NCBI RefSeq assembly: GCF_006345805.1
Contig: NC_043000.1
Coordinates: forward strand, 103,292,001 to 103,356,000
Direction of reading: 5' to 3'
Source of the DNA: Octopus sinensis
Taxonomy: Eukaryota
Length of the DNA: 64,000 nt
Part shown: one piece after another, positions 1 through 12,010 of the stretch
Layout: each line of letters starts with the position of its first letter
Numbering within the stretch: the stretch's first letter is position 1
Translations under genes and position numbers: made by a program
The notes under the pieces: model-generated
The model's input: only the letters and a program-made list of their open reading frames with translations
Told to the model about the DNA's origin: nothing
Databases searched by the model: none

Positions 1-256
1 GGTAACTACCAGGTCGCGATTAATTCTTTATTACGATTATAAAATCAGTACATAGAAGAACAATACAGGACATACATACAAAAAACAGTTAAGTGGTTCG
101 TTTAAAAATTTCCAAAATATATGGATTATTCATTATACAAAAAACTGTATTTAAATTGTCCTTTGCATTACATTAGATTGAAATCTTACCGATATATTTT
201 AAACCCCGGCAACCTATAAGGCCCCGCAGCTTTCCTTTCCTCTTCTCCATCCATAG

Positions 257-842
257 TTAAACTGGGTTTCTGACACCCACCTTTTTCGCCACTTCTTTCC
301 ATCTTTTTTCATACACACCTCGTAGTAAGGTCTTCTTTTCCAGCCCCATTTTGCTCTTCATATGATATCTGAAGTAAGTGAGTAAGCCGGGGCCTGAGAC
401 AAATGATCTTATTGCGACTCCTTCCATTCTTGTACGCCACATGCATTCTTTTACTACTGCAACCGTGCAGTGAAAACCTGCCTCACCTTCCTTCGAGAGT
501 CCAGTTGGCGGTATCATCTTAATCATAGACTCAGCCGACAGCTGTACTCGTCCCAGATGCGATAACACGTGTTCTGCGTAACTTATCAAGTCTGACAACT
601 GCCGACAGTGTACAAAAGCGTGCTGGACGGTTTCATCGTCCAACCCGCATCTTGGACATGTCGGTGGCACTGAAATTCCGTGCCGCGATAACTTCTCGCG
701 AACAGGTAAAGCATTCCTATTACACTGCCAGGCCAGGGATCTTCGGAAATTATCCAAATACCCCGTCCTGAAAGTCTTTTTAAACAGGTTGGTAAGCTGG
801 TCTTCGTCGAACCCCAGAGCCCCTCCTAGGACGTCGTCTTTG
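257..842 (-). pseudogene. 5'-truncated L1/Tx1-like LINE ORF2 C-terminus (zf-RVT CCHC knuckle)
   Basis: Open frame KDDVLGG...LAWQCNRNALPVREKL...CPRCGLDDETVQHAFVHC...WRTR matches the W-x4-ALP and C-x2-C-x8-H-x4-C pattern at the end of L1/Tx1 ORF2; stop at 257. Confidence 0.85.
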
Positions 843-942
843 CAAATACATAAGAGTTTTTCTAGTGACTTCTGTCACTGATTTCGAAAAACTGACTGTA
901 AGCATTATTAAATATCTTATATATTTGCAAAGCAGCCTTGTC

Positions 943-946
<4 letters not shown>

Positions 947-1014
<68 letters not shown>

Positions 1015-1046
1015 TGTGTGTGTGTGTTGTGTGTGTGGTGTGTGTG

Positions 1047-1078
<32 letters not shown>

Positions 1079-1081
1079 ATG

Positions 1082-1113
<32 letters not shown>

Positions 1114-1122
1114 TGTATGTAT
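947..1122. repeat. Compound microsatellite (TA)n-(TG)n-(TATG)n
   Basis: Directly visible; explains ORF-track entries 865..1131 and 938..1126. Confidence 0.98.
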
Positions 1123-1494
1123 ATAAATTAAGTTAATCCCCTGTCTATTTCTATATCTGGCAGTTCATACGTACTCAGTCTAGTTTGCCAACAACTTCCG
1201 CCTCAATAAAGTTTAGTTATTTCTTACAAGTTGAGTAATGAATACGACAAGCAAAAATCTAAAAACAAACTATGCATGCTAGCACACACGCATGCGCGCG
1301 CCTAAATAGATACATACATATGTACATACATATATACATACATACATCAATTACATACATGTATACATACATAGTGCGAGAGGTATTTGAGGACACATTT
1401 AGTAATTCAACCTCTAACCTAGCAAGACCCAAAAGTATTTTAAGAAAAGTTTGTGCACACGTTCTTGATAAACTTTCTTATAATATTATTGTAT

Positions 1495-1826
1495 GAACCC
1501 GACTTCAGCATCGATGAAGCAAGCATACCTACACTAAATGGTCCTTATTCGTTTCGAACATCATCAGGACAATAGTGAGACTACAGTATTGTGAGAATGA
1601 CGATTAGCTCCCGCTTCAACAACGCTCCAAACGTAGTAATACATAAGATTTAAATCTGATGAGCTTTGGAGGCCACAAGTTCAGGGTTACATGATTCTAA
1701 AGATCGTCTGACATCCATTCATGGGTTACATGGGCTTCGTGGAAAGATGCTGAGTCTTATTGAAATACGTGTAACCTTCTATCGTGTGTTTCATCCATTT
1801 AGGGTTTAACAACTTTCTCCAGTATC
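1495..1826 (-). mobile_element. Decayed Tc1/mariner DD37D (maT-type) transposase fragment
   Basis: Minus strand reads ILEKVVKP*...VFQ*DSASFHEAHVTHEWMSDDL*NHVTLNLWPP/SSDLNLMYYYVWSVVE across one frameshift; about 37 residues separate the FQQD aspartate from the PDLNPMD position. Confidence 0.8.
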
Positions 1827-2298
1827 ACAACATATCTAGTAACATTAGTTTTGAGATTGTGCAGGAAGATGTGAGGTGACATGAACTACAGCTCTGAAGG
1901 CCACCTGAAGTTCTATTAACAGTACCTCTCATTGATTTTCCAGGATCGCCGTCGATAGTGTTTTGAACCCGTTGTAAGAAATGCAATATCTTTATAGCGT
2001 ACAAATGCTTTAGAGTGTTTTTTCTCTTTGATAGTTGAAACATTCCCGCCAGAAGCTTCAAATTCCAACCGAATTTTGTGTACAAAAAAATCTTTTAAAA
2101 ACTTAGCAGTTTTTAAGTCGCTGTCTTCGACTCGTATGACAACAACGGCATAATTTACCAAAAGGTTTAGCAAAAAGGGCTCGAGAGAAAAAGTACCAGA
2201 ACTTTAACAAAATATACCGGGGGCAATTTATTCGACTAAAATTTCCCGATGTCGTTGCATCAACTTGGTCGCAGTCTAAGTAAAAGATATCTATATGC

Positions 2299-2308
2299 AT
2301 ATATATAT

Positions 2309-2386
<78 letters not shown>

Positions 2387-2440
2387 TATATATATATATA
2401 TTATATATATATATATATTATATATATATATATTATATAT
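2299..2440. repeat. Interrupted (TA)n microsatellite
   Basis: Directly visible. Confidence 0.98.
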
Positions 2441-2442
2441 AA

Positions 2443-2715
2443 AGTTAATCCAACATGAAAGCACAAAAAAACACAACGCAAGGACAAATATAGTATTATT
2501 GGACGCCCAGGAAAGAAGGAATAAAGGAGCGTTTAACGTTTCGAGCGGAGCTCTTCGTCGAAAACATAGGTGAAGGGAAAGATCCAGAGAAGGGAAGACA
2601 GAGGGAAAAAAATCGCCAACGGTACACACGTGGTCACATCTTGAATGACCGGAAGGAAATGGGTGAAGAAAAGTTCTTTCAAAGTGGAGGAACGAGTGCA
2701 AGTCAGGCATGTTGA
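2443..2715 (-). mobile_element. Penelope-like pLTR remnant, family 1, with hammerhead-like motif at 2531-2565
   Basis: Homologous to 8378-8680 and 63678-63775; minus strand GTTT-TCGACGA-A-GAGC-TCC-GCTC-GAAAC-GTT-AAAC; terminus GGATTAAC abuts (TA)n. Confidence 0.7.
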
Positions 2716-2730
2716 GAAATATATATATAT

Positions 2731-2918
2731 TAGCTCAAATTTACAGAAAATAAAGACGAAGACCGGTGTAGGAACAATAAGCAGGTGTGTTAGTTTAACG
2801 CTGGGGAAAGAATGGAAAAGTCTTTTACGTTTCGAACCTGCACTCTTCGATAGAAAGGATTAAGAGGGAAATAAACGGAGAGAGAAAAATGTGCAGAGTT
2901 CAACGGTCCAGCATGACG
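2731..2918 (-). mobile_element. Penelope-like pLTR remnant, family 2, with hammerhead-like motif at 2822-2857
   Basis: Homologous to 16101-16290, which is linked to a GIY-YIG ORF; minus strand CTTT-CTATCGA-A-GAGT-GCAG-GTTC-GAAAC-GTA-AAAG; (TA)n on both sides. Confidence 0.75.
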
Positions 2919-3555
2919 ATATATATATATATTGAAAATCATATTATCTAACTGCATTTCAGATTTTCACACATTATGTCACACTCATTAGTTATACTTG
3001 TATTCATGCTGAATAGACAACAGCGTTGTCGTATCAACTGTGCTGAATTTAGTCAATTACTTTTTGTCTTTAATTGTGGGAGGAAAATGTCTTTCGTGAA
3101 GATACGACGTTCTTCTCCCACTAGTTGATATGAAAACACTGTCGCCGGCCAGGTATGAATGCTAAGCATTTCTAATGAGAGTTACTCAATCTCTGAAGAT
3201 TTTACAATGTAATCAAGTAATAAGATTTTTCCGCATATAACTGATATTTATTCACTGTTTGTGGAAAGCGCGGATGATGATGTAACTAGTTACTATATAA
3301 ACAACCTTTTTGTTTTCCTTTATATATATATAAACCAGACGCATCGCACAACCAACTAAAAGCGGTCAAGTACCACCACCCAACATATCGAGAAAGAGCT
3401 ATCGGTCAGTTAATGCGATCGGAGGCTGGATCGGATGGGTATACCCATGCTGGTCAAATTAAACCACTCCTGATAGTAGCTACCTGTCAATTCAATTACG
3501 TTTCAGTTTTGTAAACATACTTCCCTGGAACTAACTATGGCTTCCTCTACATATA

Positions 3556-3965
3556 GGCGCAGGAGTGACTGTGTGGTAAGTAGCTTTCTTACCAACCACA
3601 TGGTTCCAGGTTCAGTCCCACTGCGTGGCACCTTGGGCAAGTGTCTTCTACTATAGCCTCGGGCCGACCAAAGCCTTGTGAGTGGATTTAGTAAACGGAA
3701 ACTGAAAAGAAGCCGGTCGTATATAAGTGTATGTATATATATGTGTGTGTGTGTGTGTGTTTGTGTGTCTGTGTTTGTCCCCTCCCCAACATCGCTTGAC
3801 AACTGATGCTGGTGTGTTTACGTTCCCGTAACTTAGCGGTTCGGCAAAAGTGACCGATAGTTTAAGTACTAGGCTTACAAAGAATAAGTCCTGGGGTCGA
3901 TTAGCTCGACTAAAAGGCGGTGCTCCAACATGGCCGCAATCAGATGACTGAAACAAGTAAAAAAG
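3556..3965 (+). mobile_element. Full-length tRNA-derived CORE-like SINE (family A)
   Basis: tRNA-like head (GGCGCAGGAGTGACTGTGTGGTAAG...GGTTCAGTCCC), CORE-like CCTTGGGCAAGTGTCTT, internal (TA)/(TG) tract, tail GACTGAAACAAGTAAAA; more than 10 homologues in the window. Confidence 0.9.
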
Positions 3966-3984
3966 GAAAAAAGAAATACATACA

Positions 3985-4018
<34 letters not shown>

Positions 4019-4049
4019 CATACATACATAATACTTATGTACATACATT

Positions 4050-4260
4050 ATTGACAAAATCGTTAACACGCTGGACAAAATGCGTAGCGGTATTTCGTCC
4101 GTCTTTACTTTCTGAGTTCAATTTGCGCTGAGGCCGTCTTTGCCTTTCATCCTTTCGCGATCGATAAAATAAGTACCATTTGAATATTGGGGTTGATGTA
4201 ATCGACTAGCCCCGCTTCTACAAAATTTCACGCCTTGAACCTATAGTCGAAAGAATTATT
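4050..4260 (+). mobile_element. Diverged tRNA-derived SINE (family B, Deu/Nin-like core)
   Basis: GAGTTCAA B-box followed by GCCTTTCATCCTTTCG..TCGATAAAATAAGTACC core; homologous to 14585-15535. Confidence 0.85.
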
Positions 4261-4478
4261 AAAATTATTGTTTCCTTCTTCTTCGTATGAATAAAAACTA
4301 AAGAATTTTCCTTGTGGAATTTATTTTTAGATATTGAAAGTTTTTGCTTGCTTAGGTTGTGAATTTTATCTTGGTGTGACCTTAGCTTTATTTTTCCTGG
4401 GGTCTTACTTGCACATAATCCTAACGATGATAAATGCATTTTCTACCTCTGTTAATAGTAACCTTTGTAACTACATTT

Positions 4479-4480
<2 letters not shown>

Positions 4481-4565
<85 letters not shown>
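4481..4565. repeat. (ATCT)n microsatellite
   Basis: Directly visible. Confidence 0.98.
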
Positions 4566-4566
<1 letters not shown>

Positions 4567-4739
4567 TCTATGTAGCTATCTTTTTTTTTTTTTTTTTTTG
4601 AACCACTGACTACACTCACACAGGCATACACATATTCGCACACAATCACAAATACATTTGCATACACTATGTCATCCCACGATGTGTACAACCGAGACAA
4701 CCCCTGCGTGCTCGCTGAACCTGCTAGAAATCCAAATAC

Positions 4740-4811
<72 letters not shown>

Positions 4812-5408
4812 CGGACACAGGCAAATGTATCATTGTATCCGCGGTAGTGTTTGTTCGGGGGTTTTTATATAGTTTTTATTGATGGTCCTTTAGTAGAAAG
4901 TAGCTGGTGGCAGATCACATAGCTTAATATAAAAGTGTTAAGATTTATGTTTCAAAAGTCTTTTTGCTCTGTTGATCAGTGATGTGACGACGAAAAGAGA
5001 AAACGTTGAAAGTCTTTCGTTAACTGACCGTATAAAGTAAACTCTAGTCAAAGGTGATAACCTTTTGATAGCAGCTGATATTTATCTCGAACTCTTATCG
5101 CCAGATCTCTCACTGTAACAGCTTTATTATTCTGTTGTCCGATAGACCCCGAACTAAGTAGGGCGAATTGTTTTCTTTCTTTTTTCTTTCTCTCTTCTTC
5201 TCTCTCTCTCCTTCTTTCTTTCCGTGTGAATGTCTGTCGTTCATTTTCTTTTTCTTTCTTCTATATTTTTTTTTTATCATTTTCCAAGCAGATAGACTCT
5301 TTCTTTCAGTAGCTATACGTATATCTAATTTCATATTCGCTGAAAGAAATTTACCAAAACGAAATATATGCGTGCGCGTTCAAACATACACACTCTCTCT
5401 CCCTCACG

Positions 5409-5461
<53 letters not shown>

Positions 5462-6200
5462 AGAGTCATACACACTCGTACCCACACATACACACGTACA
5501 TACGCACGTATACACAAATACACAAATGCACACTTGCATACATTCATGATCACATAAAGGAATAATAAACGCACATCAATGAACTCACGCAGGCACACAC
5601 TCGCACACACGCACAGACACACACACACGCATGTACACAGTCATACACAAACTCCTCATACACACGCTCACACATACAATCATACACACGCACGAACACA
5701 AAACAAGCACCAACACAGAGAATAAAGAACTTACTCATTAGCACTTATACACATGAATGAACACACACACACACCAACGCACAAACACATACACACACAC
5801 ACACACGCACACGCTCATACACACACATACTCACACATTCTCATTGTATGAACACATACAGATAAATATAACCCTAACATACACATGCATAAACACTGAC
5901 AAGCACATGTACGTTTGCACTTATATATGAGTGAAGCCAAGACGGACGACATTAATACAACATCAATATTTATATACAACTAGCACAACCTTTTCAATAG
6001 TCTTGACTCTCAAGACTATTGAAAAGGTTGCAAGACGCAACGAAAATTTTAGGAAAATAAAAGTAAGAAAAAAGTGTAAATTTTACCGGTGAGTGTGTTA
6101 CATTATAAGGCACAAAAAGAAAACGACTCTCCCCAGACACAACAGAATATGCTTCAACACCCGAACTCATATAAAGAATCTTGCAAACGAAATCCAAAAA

Positions 6201-6367
<167 letters not shown>

Positions 6368-6599
6368 ACCAAAATAAGCAACAAGAATGACTCCGAATCA
6401 CACCACGGATTTTTATGGATAACACCATACAGAATTCTGGTGCATCTAAATTAAGTACCATATTCATTTGAATCTAAATTTTTGCTGAACTTATATATAT
6501 ATATATATATATTACAGTTATGTTGAAACAGGAGGTGATACTGGAAAGTGCACCATTGATAACAAAATATTTGTGGAGTAAATGATGGGCTAATTCGAC

Positions 6600-7330
6600 A
6601 AAGCAACATGCTGTGCATCTGTTTGGAGTATTCCAGGCCCTAACCTGTCATGGAAAATTGGGGTCGGGGGTTATGGGATTTTTAAACGCACCGAAAAGCT
6701 GTACTTTCCTTTTCGGCATCCGGCACTGCGTCTAACACAACCGATCGTCTGAAGTTTTGACACCTCCTTTGGGTTTGTTGTCCTACATCACTCATAAAGT
6801 AACTTTGGAGGAAGTGTGGTTGTTCATTTGTGGGCAACAGGGAACCAATGAGGTAATAGACTTGCGCTTGAACTTTGGCATAAATCTATGTTCAACTATC
6901 TTCTTAGATGCACCAAACGATGTCATTTGAAATGCAGAGTTGTATTGTCTGATACTGTTCAGAAAATCCTTTGACTGGATGGAAGTGCCTTCTAGAAGAT
7001 CCATAAGAGATTGAGCAGGAGCTGGTAGTGCTGGCAATCTTACCTTACCGCCTGAGCAGCACATGCCATTAGTTTCATTTGGAAATCTTAAAGCTTTGCA
7101 GAAATGATAATTTGAGTTTAGCACATCAATTTGGACAAAATTATCATTTTTATAAGAATGGGATGGATCATATCTGAAAGAAGCTCCAGGAATTGTGAAG
7201 AACGAATTCTGAGAGCTATTCTATGTCGCTTCTGTGTTGAGACTCCATTTGACGTGCTGCAGCATGCATTTGCTTATCTTGGGAAAGTCTCATATCCCTT
7301 CAGTATTGAGACTTCATCTGCGTAATGTTG
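6600..7330 (-). pseudogene. Helitron Rep/Helicase N-terminal fragment
   Basis: FRYDPSHSY...FCKALRFPNETNGMCCSGGKVRLP...FLNSIRQYNSAFQMTSFGA is the characteristic Helitron-like N region; stops and frameshifts present. Confidence 0.9.
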
Positions 7331-7415
7331 TTCACATTAGGATGTAAATTACTCATTTATTCCAAATATAATAGAAATAAAAGTGAAAGAATGAAAGTTG
7401 TTTGGTATTGTTTTG

Positions 7416-8237
7416 TATTGTTTGGTATTGTCATTGATATGCAAAAATATGCAAAAATATCATATTTGATAATAAAACCGATCTGAAACAAGGAGCTTCA
7501 TCAGATTGAAGAATAAATAAAGAAGAGCTTAGAGAAGAAAAGAGAAAAAGCTGAATATGGTTGCAATCATATCATTTTGCTTGTGTGTCTCTTTGGGATG
7601 TTAAGTAAAAGGCAAAACCACAATAGCAACTGGTGAATTAATCCTTTGTACGGATGGTGGATAGGATGGATAAATAATTAAAAATAAAAAATTAAAAATA
7701 ATAGAGGGATACGCCAATGGATTTTAGTCGAAGAGGTGTAGATACAGTAAGGTTTTATATTAACCATAATAATTTATAATAATTATGTTTGTATTACTAA
7801 TTAATAGTATTAACCATAATAAAGATTTTATCATAATGATAAAGATTATCACTTTATTAATACTATTAATTAGTACTACAAACAACTATTATAAATTATT
7901 ATGATTAATATAAGAACTTGCTGTATCTACACCCCTTCTCCGACTAAAACCTTTTGGCGTATCCCACTATTATTTATTGCTTTTTTAATTTTTTATTATT
8001 TAGCTATCTTCCCCCACCCCCTGTACAAAGGATTAGTCCACCAATTGCTATTTTGATTTAGTCTTTTACTTAACGTCCCAAAGAGACACAAGCAAAACTT
8101 TTCCCTTTTCTTCTCTATGCTTTTCTTATTTATTTATTCTTCACTCTCATGAAGCTCCTTGTTTCAGATCTTAATACCAAATCTGATAAATATTTTTGCA
8201 TATCTGTGCATATCAATAGTAATACCATACAACATTG
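7416..8237. repeat. Long imperfect palindrome (about 410-bp arms, centre about 7835)
   Basis: GATCTGAAACAAGGAGCTTCAT (7480) vs ATGAAGCTCCTTGTTTCAGATC (8149), and further paired blocks in nested order; centre TTTATCAT-A-ATGATAAA. Confidence 0.95.
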
Positions 8238-8337
8238 GGAGCAGAAACAGCTGTTAGATGGAATGCAGTCTATATGCATTGAATTAATAAATAATAATTG
8301 ATGTAAGTCAATTGTTGTTCATTAGTACTTCTCCATT

Positions 8338-8377
<40 letters not shown>

Positions 8378-8380
<3 letters not shown>

Positions 8381-8680
8381 TAATCCAAACGGGAAAACAG
8401 AAAAAACAACAACACAAGGAGGTGGAAAAATTAAAGTATTATTATTAGGCGCTCAGGAAAAAGGGAAGAAGGAGGGTATGACGTTTCGAGCGGAGCTCTT
8501 CGTCGGAAACATAAGAGAAAGAAAGATCCCGAGGTGGGCGAACGGAGGGAAAAAAAACGCGACTGGTTTTTACGAAGTAAACATGCTGAAAGGCCGGAAG
8601 TTTTGGACAACAGGGGCTGGTTTTTAAAGACAGAAGAGCGGAAAAAGGAAGGTTGGTAACAACTCGATGAATGGGATATA
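8378..8680 (-). mobile_element. Penelope-like pLTR remnant, family 1, with hammerhead-like motif at 8476-8510
   Basis: Minus strand GTTT-CCGACGA-A-GAGC-TCC-GCTC-GAAAC-GTC-ATAC; abuts (TA)n at 8343-8376. Confidence 0.7.
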
Positions 8681-8738
8681 TATATATACACTGAGAGAAG
8701 TCTGTCAAAAAAGTGAGATTATCTCATAAACTTCATTA

Positions 8739-8817
8739 GCTTACAGGTGTTTCTGCTATTAGATGCAGTGAACACATAGTTGAGTGCCTGAATAACACCT
8801 TATAGCTTTATCGGAGC
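8739..8817 (-). ncRNA. Decayed type I hammerhead-like motif with long stem II loop
   Basis: Minus strand GCT-CCGATAA-A-GCTAT...ATAGC-A-GAAAC-ACCT-GTA-AGC; stem I GCT/AGC, stem II GCTAT/ATAGC; core is mutated. Confidence 0.5.
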
Positions 8818-9039
8818 CTCGAATATAAAGTGCAATTTCTTTTGGCAAATTTACATTTGTGCCTATATAGGGGACGGCATGAACAATGAGAACAGTCAAT
8901 ACTAAAGAATATATATATTATTTTATTCTTTTATACGTATCAGCTCTCAGCCTGGAGCACGCCCACAGCCTTTGGGCTGAAACGTGTAAAAAAATATACA
9001 TATACATATGTATATATATATATGTATATATAATATGTA

Positions 9040-9151
<112 letters not shown>

Positions 9152-9649
9152 GAGGAGGAGAAAGAGAGAGACAGACAGAGGTAGACAGATAAACAAAGAG
9201 ACCTTGATATAGATAGTACAAGCAAACTGCACATTCATATATATATATATATTTGTGTGTGTGTGGGTGGGTGTGTGTGTGCGTGCGTGCGTGCATAAGT
9301 GTTGTGTGTATGCTTGCGCGTGAGTATGCATGAATGTATAATCGTATAAAACTGAGTACATTCGCATTTTTAATCGCTTCATCTAGGATATGTTCGCTGC
9401 AAAATCTCATATATTAATCTCAGAATTTATGGTTTCCGTAATAGAATCTCAACTAGTCATCACAGAAGTCTTGGTGATGCCTTTCAAAAATATGCATAAA
9501 TGTATGCAAATATATAAAATGTGTGAGTATGTGCGTGTGCGTGCGTACGTATGTGTGGCTGTGCGCGCGTGCGATCGTGTATATACAGACAGAGTGGAAA
9601 AGGAAGTGAGAAAGAGAATATTACACATATACGAAATATATAGGACTAC

Positions 9650-9684
<35 letters not shown>

Positions 9685-9742
9685 TGTATGTATGTATGTA
9701 TGTATGTATGTATGTATGTATGTATGTATGTATGTATGTGAA

Positions 9743-10083
9743 GGCGCATGGCTCAGTGGTTAGAGCGTCGAGCTTACGATCGTGAGGTTGTGAGCTCGAA
9801 TCCCGGACCGGGCTGCGTGTTGTGTTCTTGAGCAAGACACTTTATTTCACGTTGCTCCAGTTCACTCAGCTGTAGAAATGAGTTGCGATGTCACAGGTGC
9901 CAAGCTGTATCGACCTTTGTCTTTCCCTTGGATAACATTGGTGGCGTGGAGAGGGGAGGCCGGTATACATGGGCGACTACTGGTCTTCCATAAAACAACC
10001 TTGCCCAGACTTGTGCCTCAGAGGGTAACTCTCTAGGTGCAAAACCCATGGTCACTCATGACCGAAGGGGGTCTTTACCCTTT
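9743..10083 (+). mobile_element. Full-length tRNA-derived SINE (family C, V/Meta-like central domain)
   Basis: A box TGGCTCAGTGG, B box GAGCTCGAATCCC, TTGTGTTCTTGAGCAAGACACTTTAT domain; partial homologues at 45917-46050 (+) and 52660-52910 (-); embedded in (TATG)n. Confidence 0.9.
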
Positions 10084-10753
10084 TATGTATGTATGTATGT
10101 ATGTATGTATGTATGTATGTGTGTGTGTGTCTTTATGTCTGTATGTCTGTCTGTCTGTATGTATGTATGTATGTATGTATGTATGTATGTATGTATGTAT
10201 GTATGTATGTATGTATGTATGCATGCATGTATGTATTGATTATTTCGGTTGTCTTGTGAAGCTGAAACTCTATTGCCTCCAAAACCACCAAGAACATTAT
10301 AACATTTGTATGACATGGAAAATATTCCAACAATATTGCCCAAATGAAGTTGGCATCAACTTTGTAGTGCACTCAGTGTTAGGCCCCCGTGCTAAACATT
10401 CTCGAGAAAATAAACAAGAAGGGCTGCTAAGCCTAAATGAGGTTGTGGTGGTGAACGCATGAATCAAGGTAGGACAGGAGACAAACAAGAACACGTCTTG
10501 CTTGTTCCAGTTACAACGGAGCGAAAGAAAGAAATATGGCCGATGGTCACGTGGGAGCCACGTGAGCAAGGAAGAAGGAGTGAGGGAGAGAGAGTGACAA
10601 AGTAATAGGATAGAATAGTGGGAGCAGGTAAAAGAATAAGACTGAGAAAAAGAGAGAAAAACGAACGAGTAAAAAGATCGTATAGAGTGGACATCAGAAT
10701 TATTAAGATAAAACTTATTTGGAAGAGGATGCGTGGTGTTCAGTTATACAATG

Positions 10754-10801
<48 letters not shown>

Positions 10802-10804
<3 letters not shown>

Positions 10805-11714
10805 GTTGTCCATAAAGTATCTTTACAATTTTAAAATTTTATTACAAAGGCATTTGACAAGATATCTTAACCAGATTTCTTTTATTGTAATAATTATTTA
10901 TTACAGTTTCTTTAACAGTTATTTAATAGACCTCAATATGGGCACCATTAGTTGCGCGAAGCACATCAAGACGGTACTCGATTTCTTGCCATGTTCGCTG
11001 AAGGATAGCCTCATCAGTGGTGGCAATGGCATTACGAATCCTTTGCTTCAAGTCAGCAATGTCCCGTATTTTTGTTTGATACATATCTTTTACATAACCC
11101 CATAAAAAGAAGTCCAAGGGAGTGATATCTGGCGAATGCGGTGGCCATGGAATTGGCCCATCCCTTCCAATCCATCGGTCTGGAAAATCTTGATTGAGGA
11201 ACTGACGAATATGCCGTCCCCAATGTGTGGTGCACCATCTTGATGGAAAATGTTGGTTGGTTGTAAATCAATCAGTTGTGGTGCCAAATATTCGGTCAGA
11301 AGGTCGAGGTAAACATCTGCTGTTGCCTCGTTGAAGAAAAATGGACCAATTATTCGATTACACATGATTCCACACCACACATTCACTTTTAGATTATCCC
11401 GTTGAAGCTCCCTAGTCACATGGGAGTGTTCTGATCCCCAGATTCTCACATTGTGTCTGTTTAATTTCCCTGAAACATGAAAAGTCGCCTCGTCCCTAAA
11501 ACAAACTCGCTTGAGGAATGCTTCATCCTCATTTTATAGGAGTTCAGTGAATCAGTTCCCTTCCATCAACAGAGTATCTGAAACACAAACATTTAATATC
11601 AATAAAAACTTTGATAAACAATTATTAAAATAAAACAAATCTGATTAAAATATCTCATCAACTGCCTTTGTAATATTTTTTTTTTAATTGTAAAGAGACT
11701 TTATGGACACCCTG
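10802..11714 (-). mobile_element. Internally deleted Tc1/mariner DD41D (rosa-type) transposon
   Basis: TIRs CAGGTTGTCCATAAAGTATCTTTACAATT / AATTGTAAAGAGACTTTATGGACACCCTG with TA flanks; KVNVWCG...IIGPFFF...FHQDGAP/HW...WIGRDGPIPWPPHSPDITPLDFFLWGYVK gives about 41 residues between the last two D; DNA-binding region missing. Confidence 0.92.
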
Positions 11715-11756
11715 TATATATATGCATATATACATACGTATATGTATATATGTACG

Positions 11757-11799
<43 letters not shown>

Positions 11800-11802
<3 letters not shown>

Positions 11803-12010
11803 ATATGTAGGCACAGGACGTCATGAAACGTGTACAATAAAAAAGTACGAAGCACGAGTACATGGAATATGAATTATTCTTTCGAAAAACGAAAGACAAA
11901 AATGGGAGACAAAACAAACAACATAAAGAACGACCCTTCATCAGTTGTTGGCTGTTTTTCGAGTCTCGTATTTCGAAAATTTAACAACAATATACGCTCT
12001 CAGAATATAT
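11800..12010 (-). mobile_element. Penelope-like terminal repeat remnant, family 3
   Basis: Homologous to 17545-17725 (ACAGCC.ACAACTGATGAAGGGTCGTTCTTTATGTT); terminus abuts (TA)n. Confidence 0.6.

Noticed and set aside
2299-2440. Recurrent TAA/TTA phase shifts in (TA)n runs as a coded pattern
   Set aside because: Single-base indels in dinucleotide runs occur throughout the window and are as easily explained by slippage or consensus errors.
3503-3802. Recurrent ORF LWSARGYSRRHLPKVPRSGTEP (also 28913, 32764, 60957)
   Set aside because: It is the antisense translation of family A SINE copies; the recurrence reflects the repeat.
9743-9815. tRNA gene
   Set aside because: A and B boxes are present but there is no proper acceptor stem, and the sequence continues into a SINE body with homologues elsewhere.
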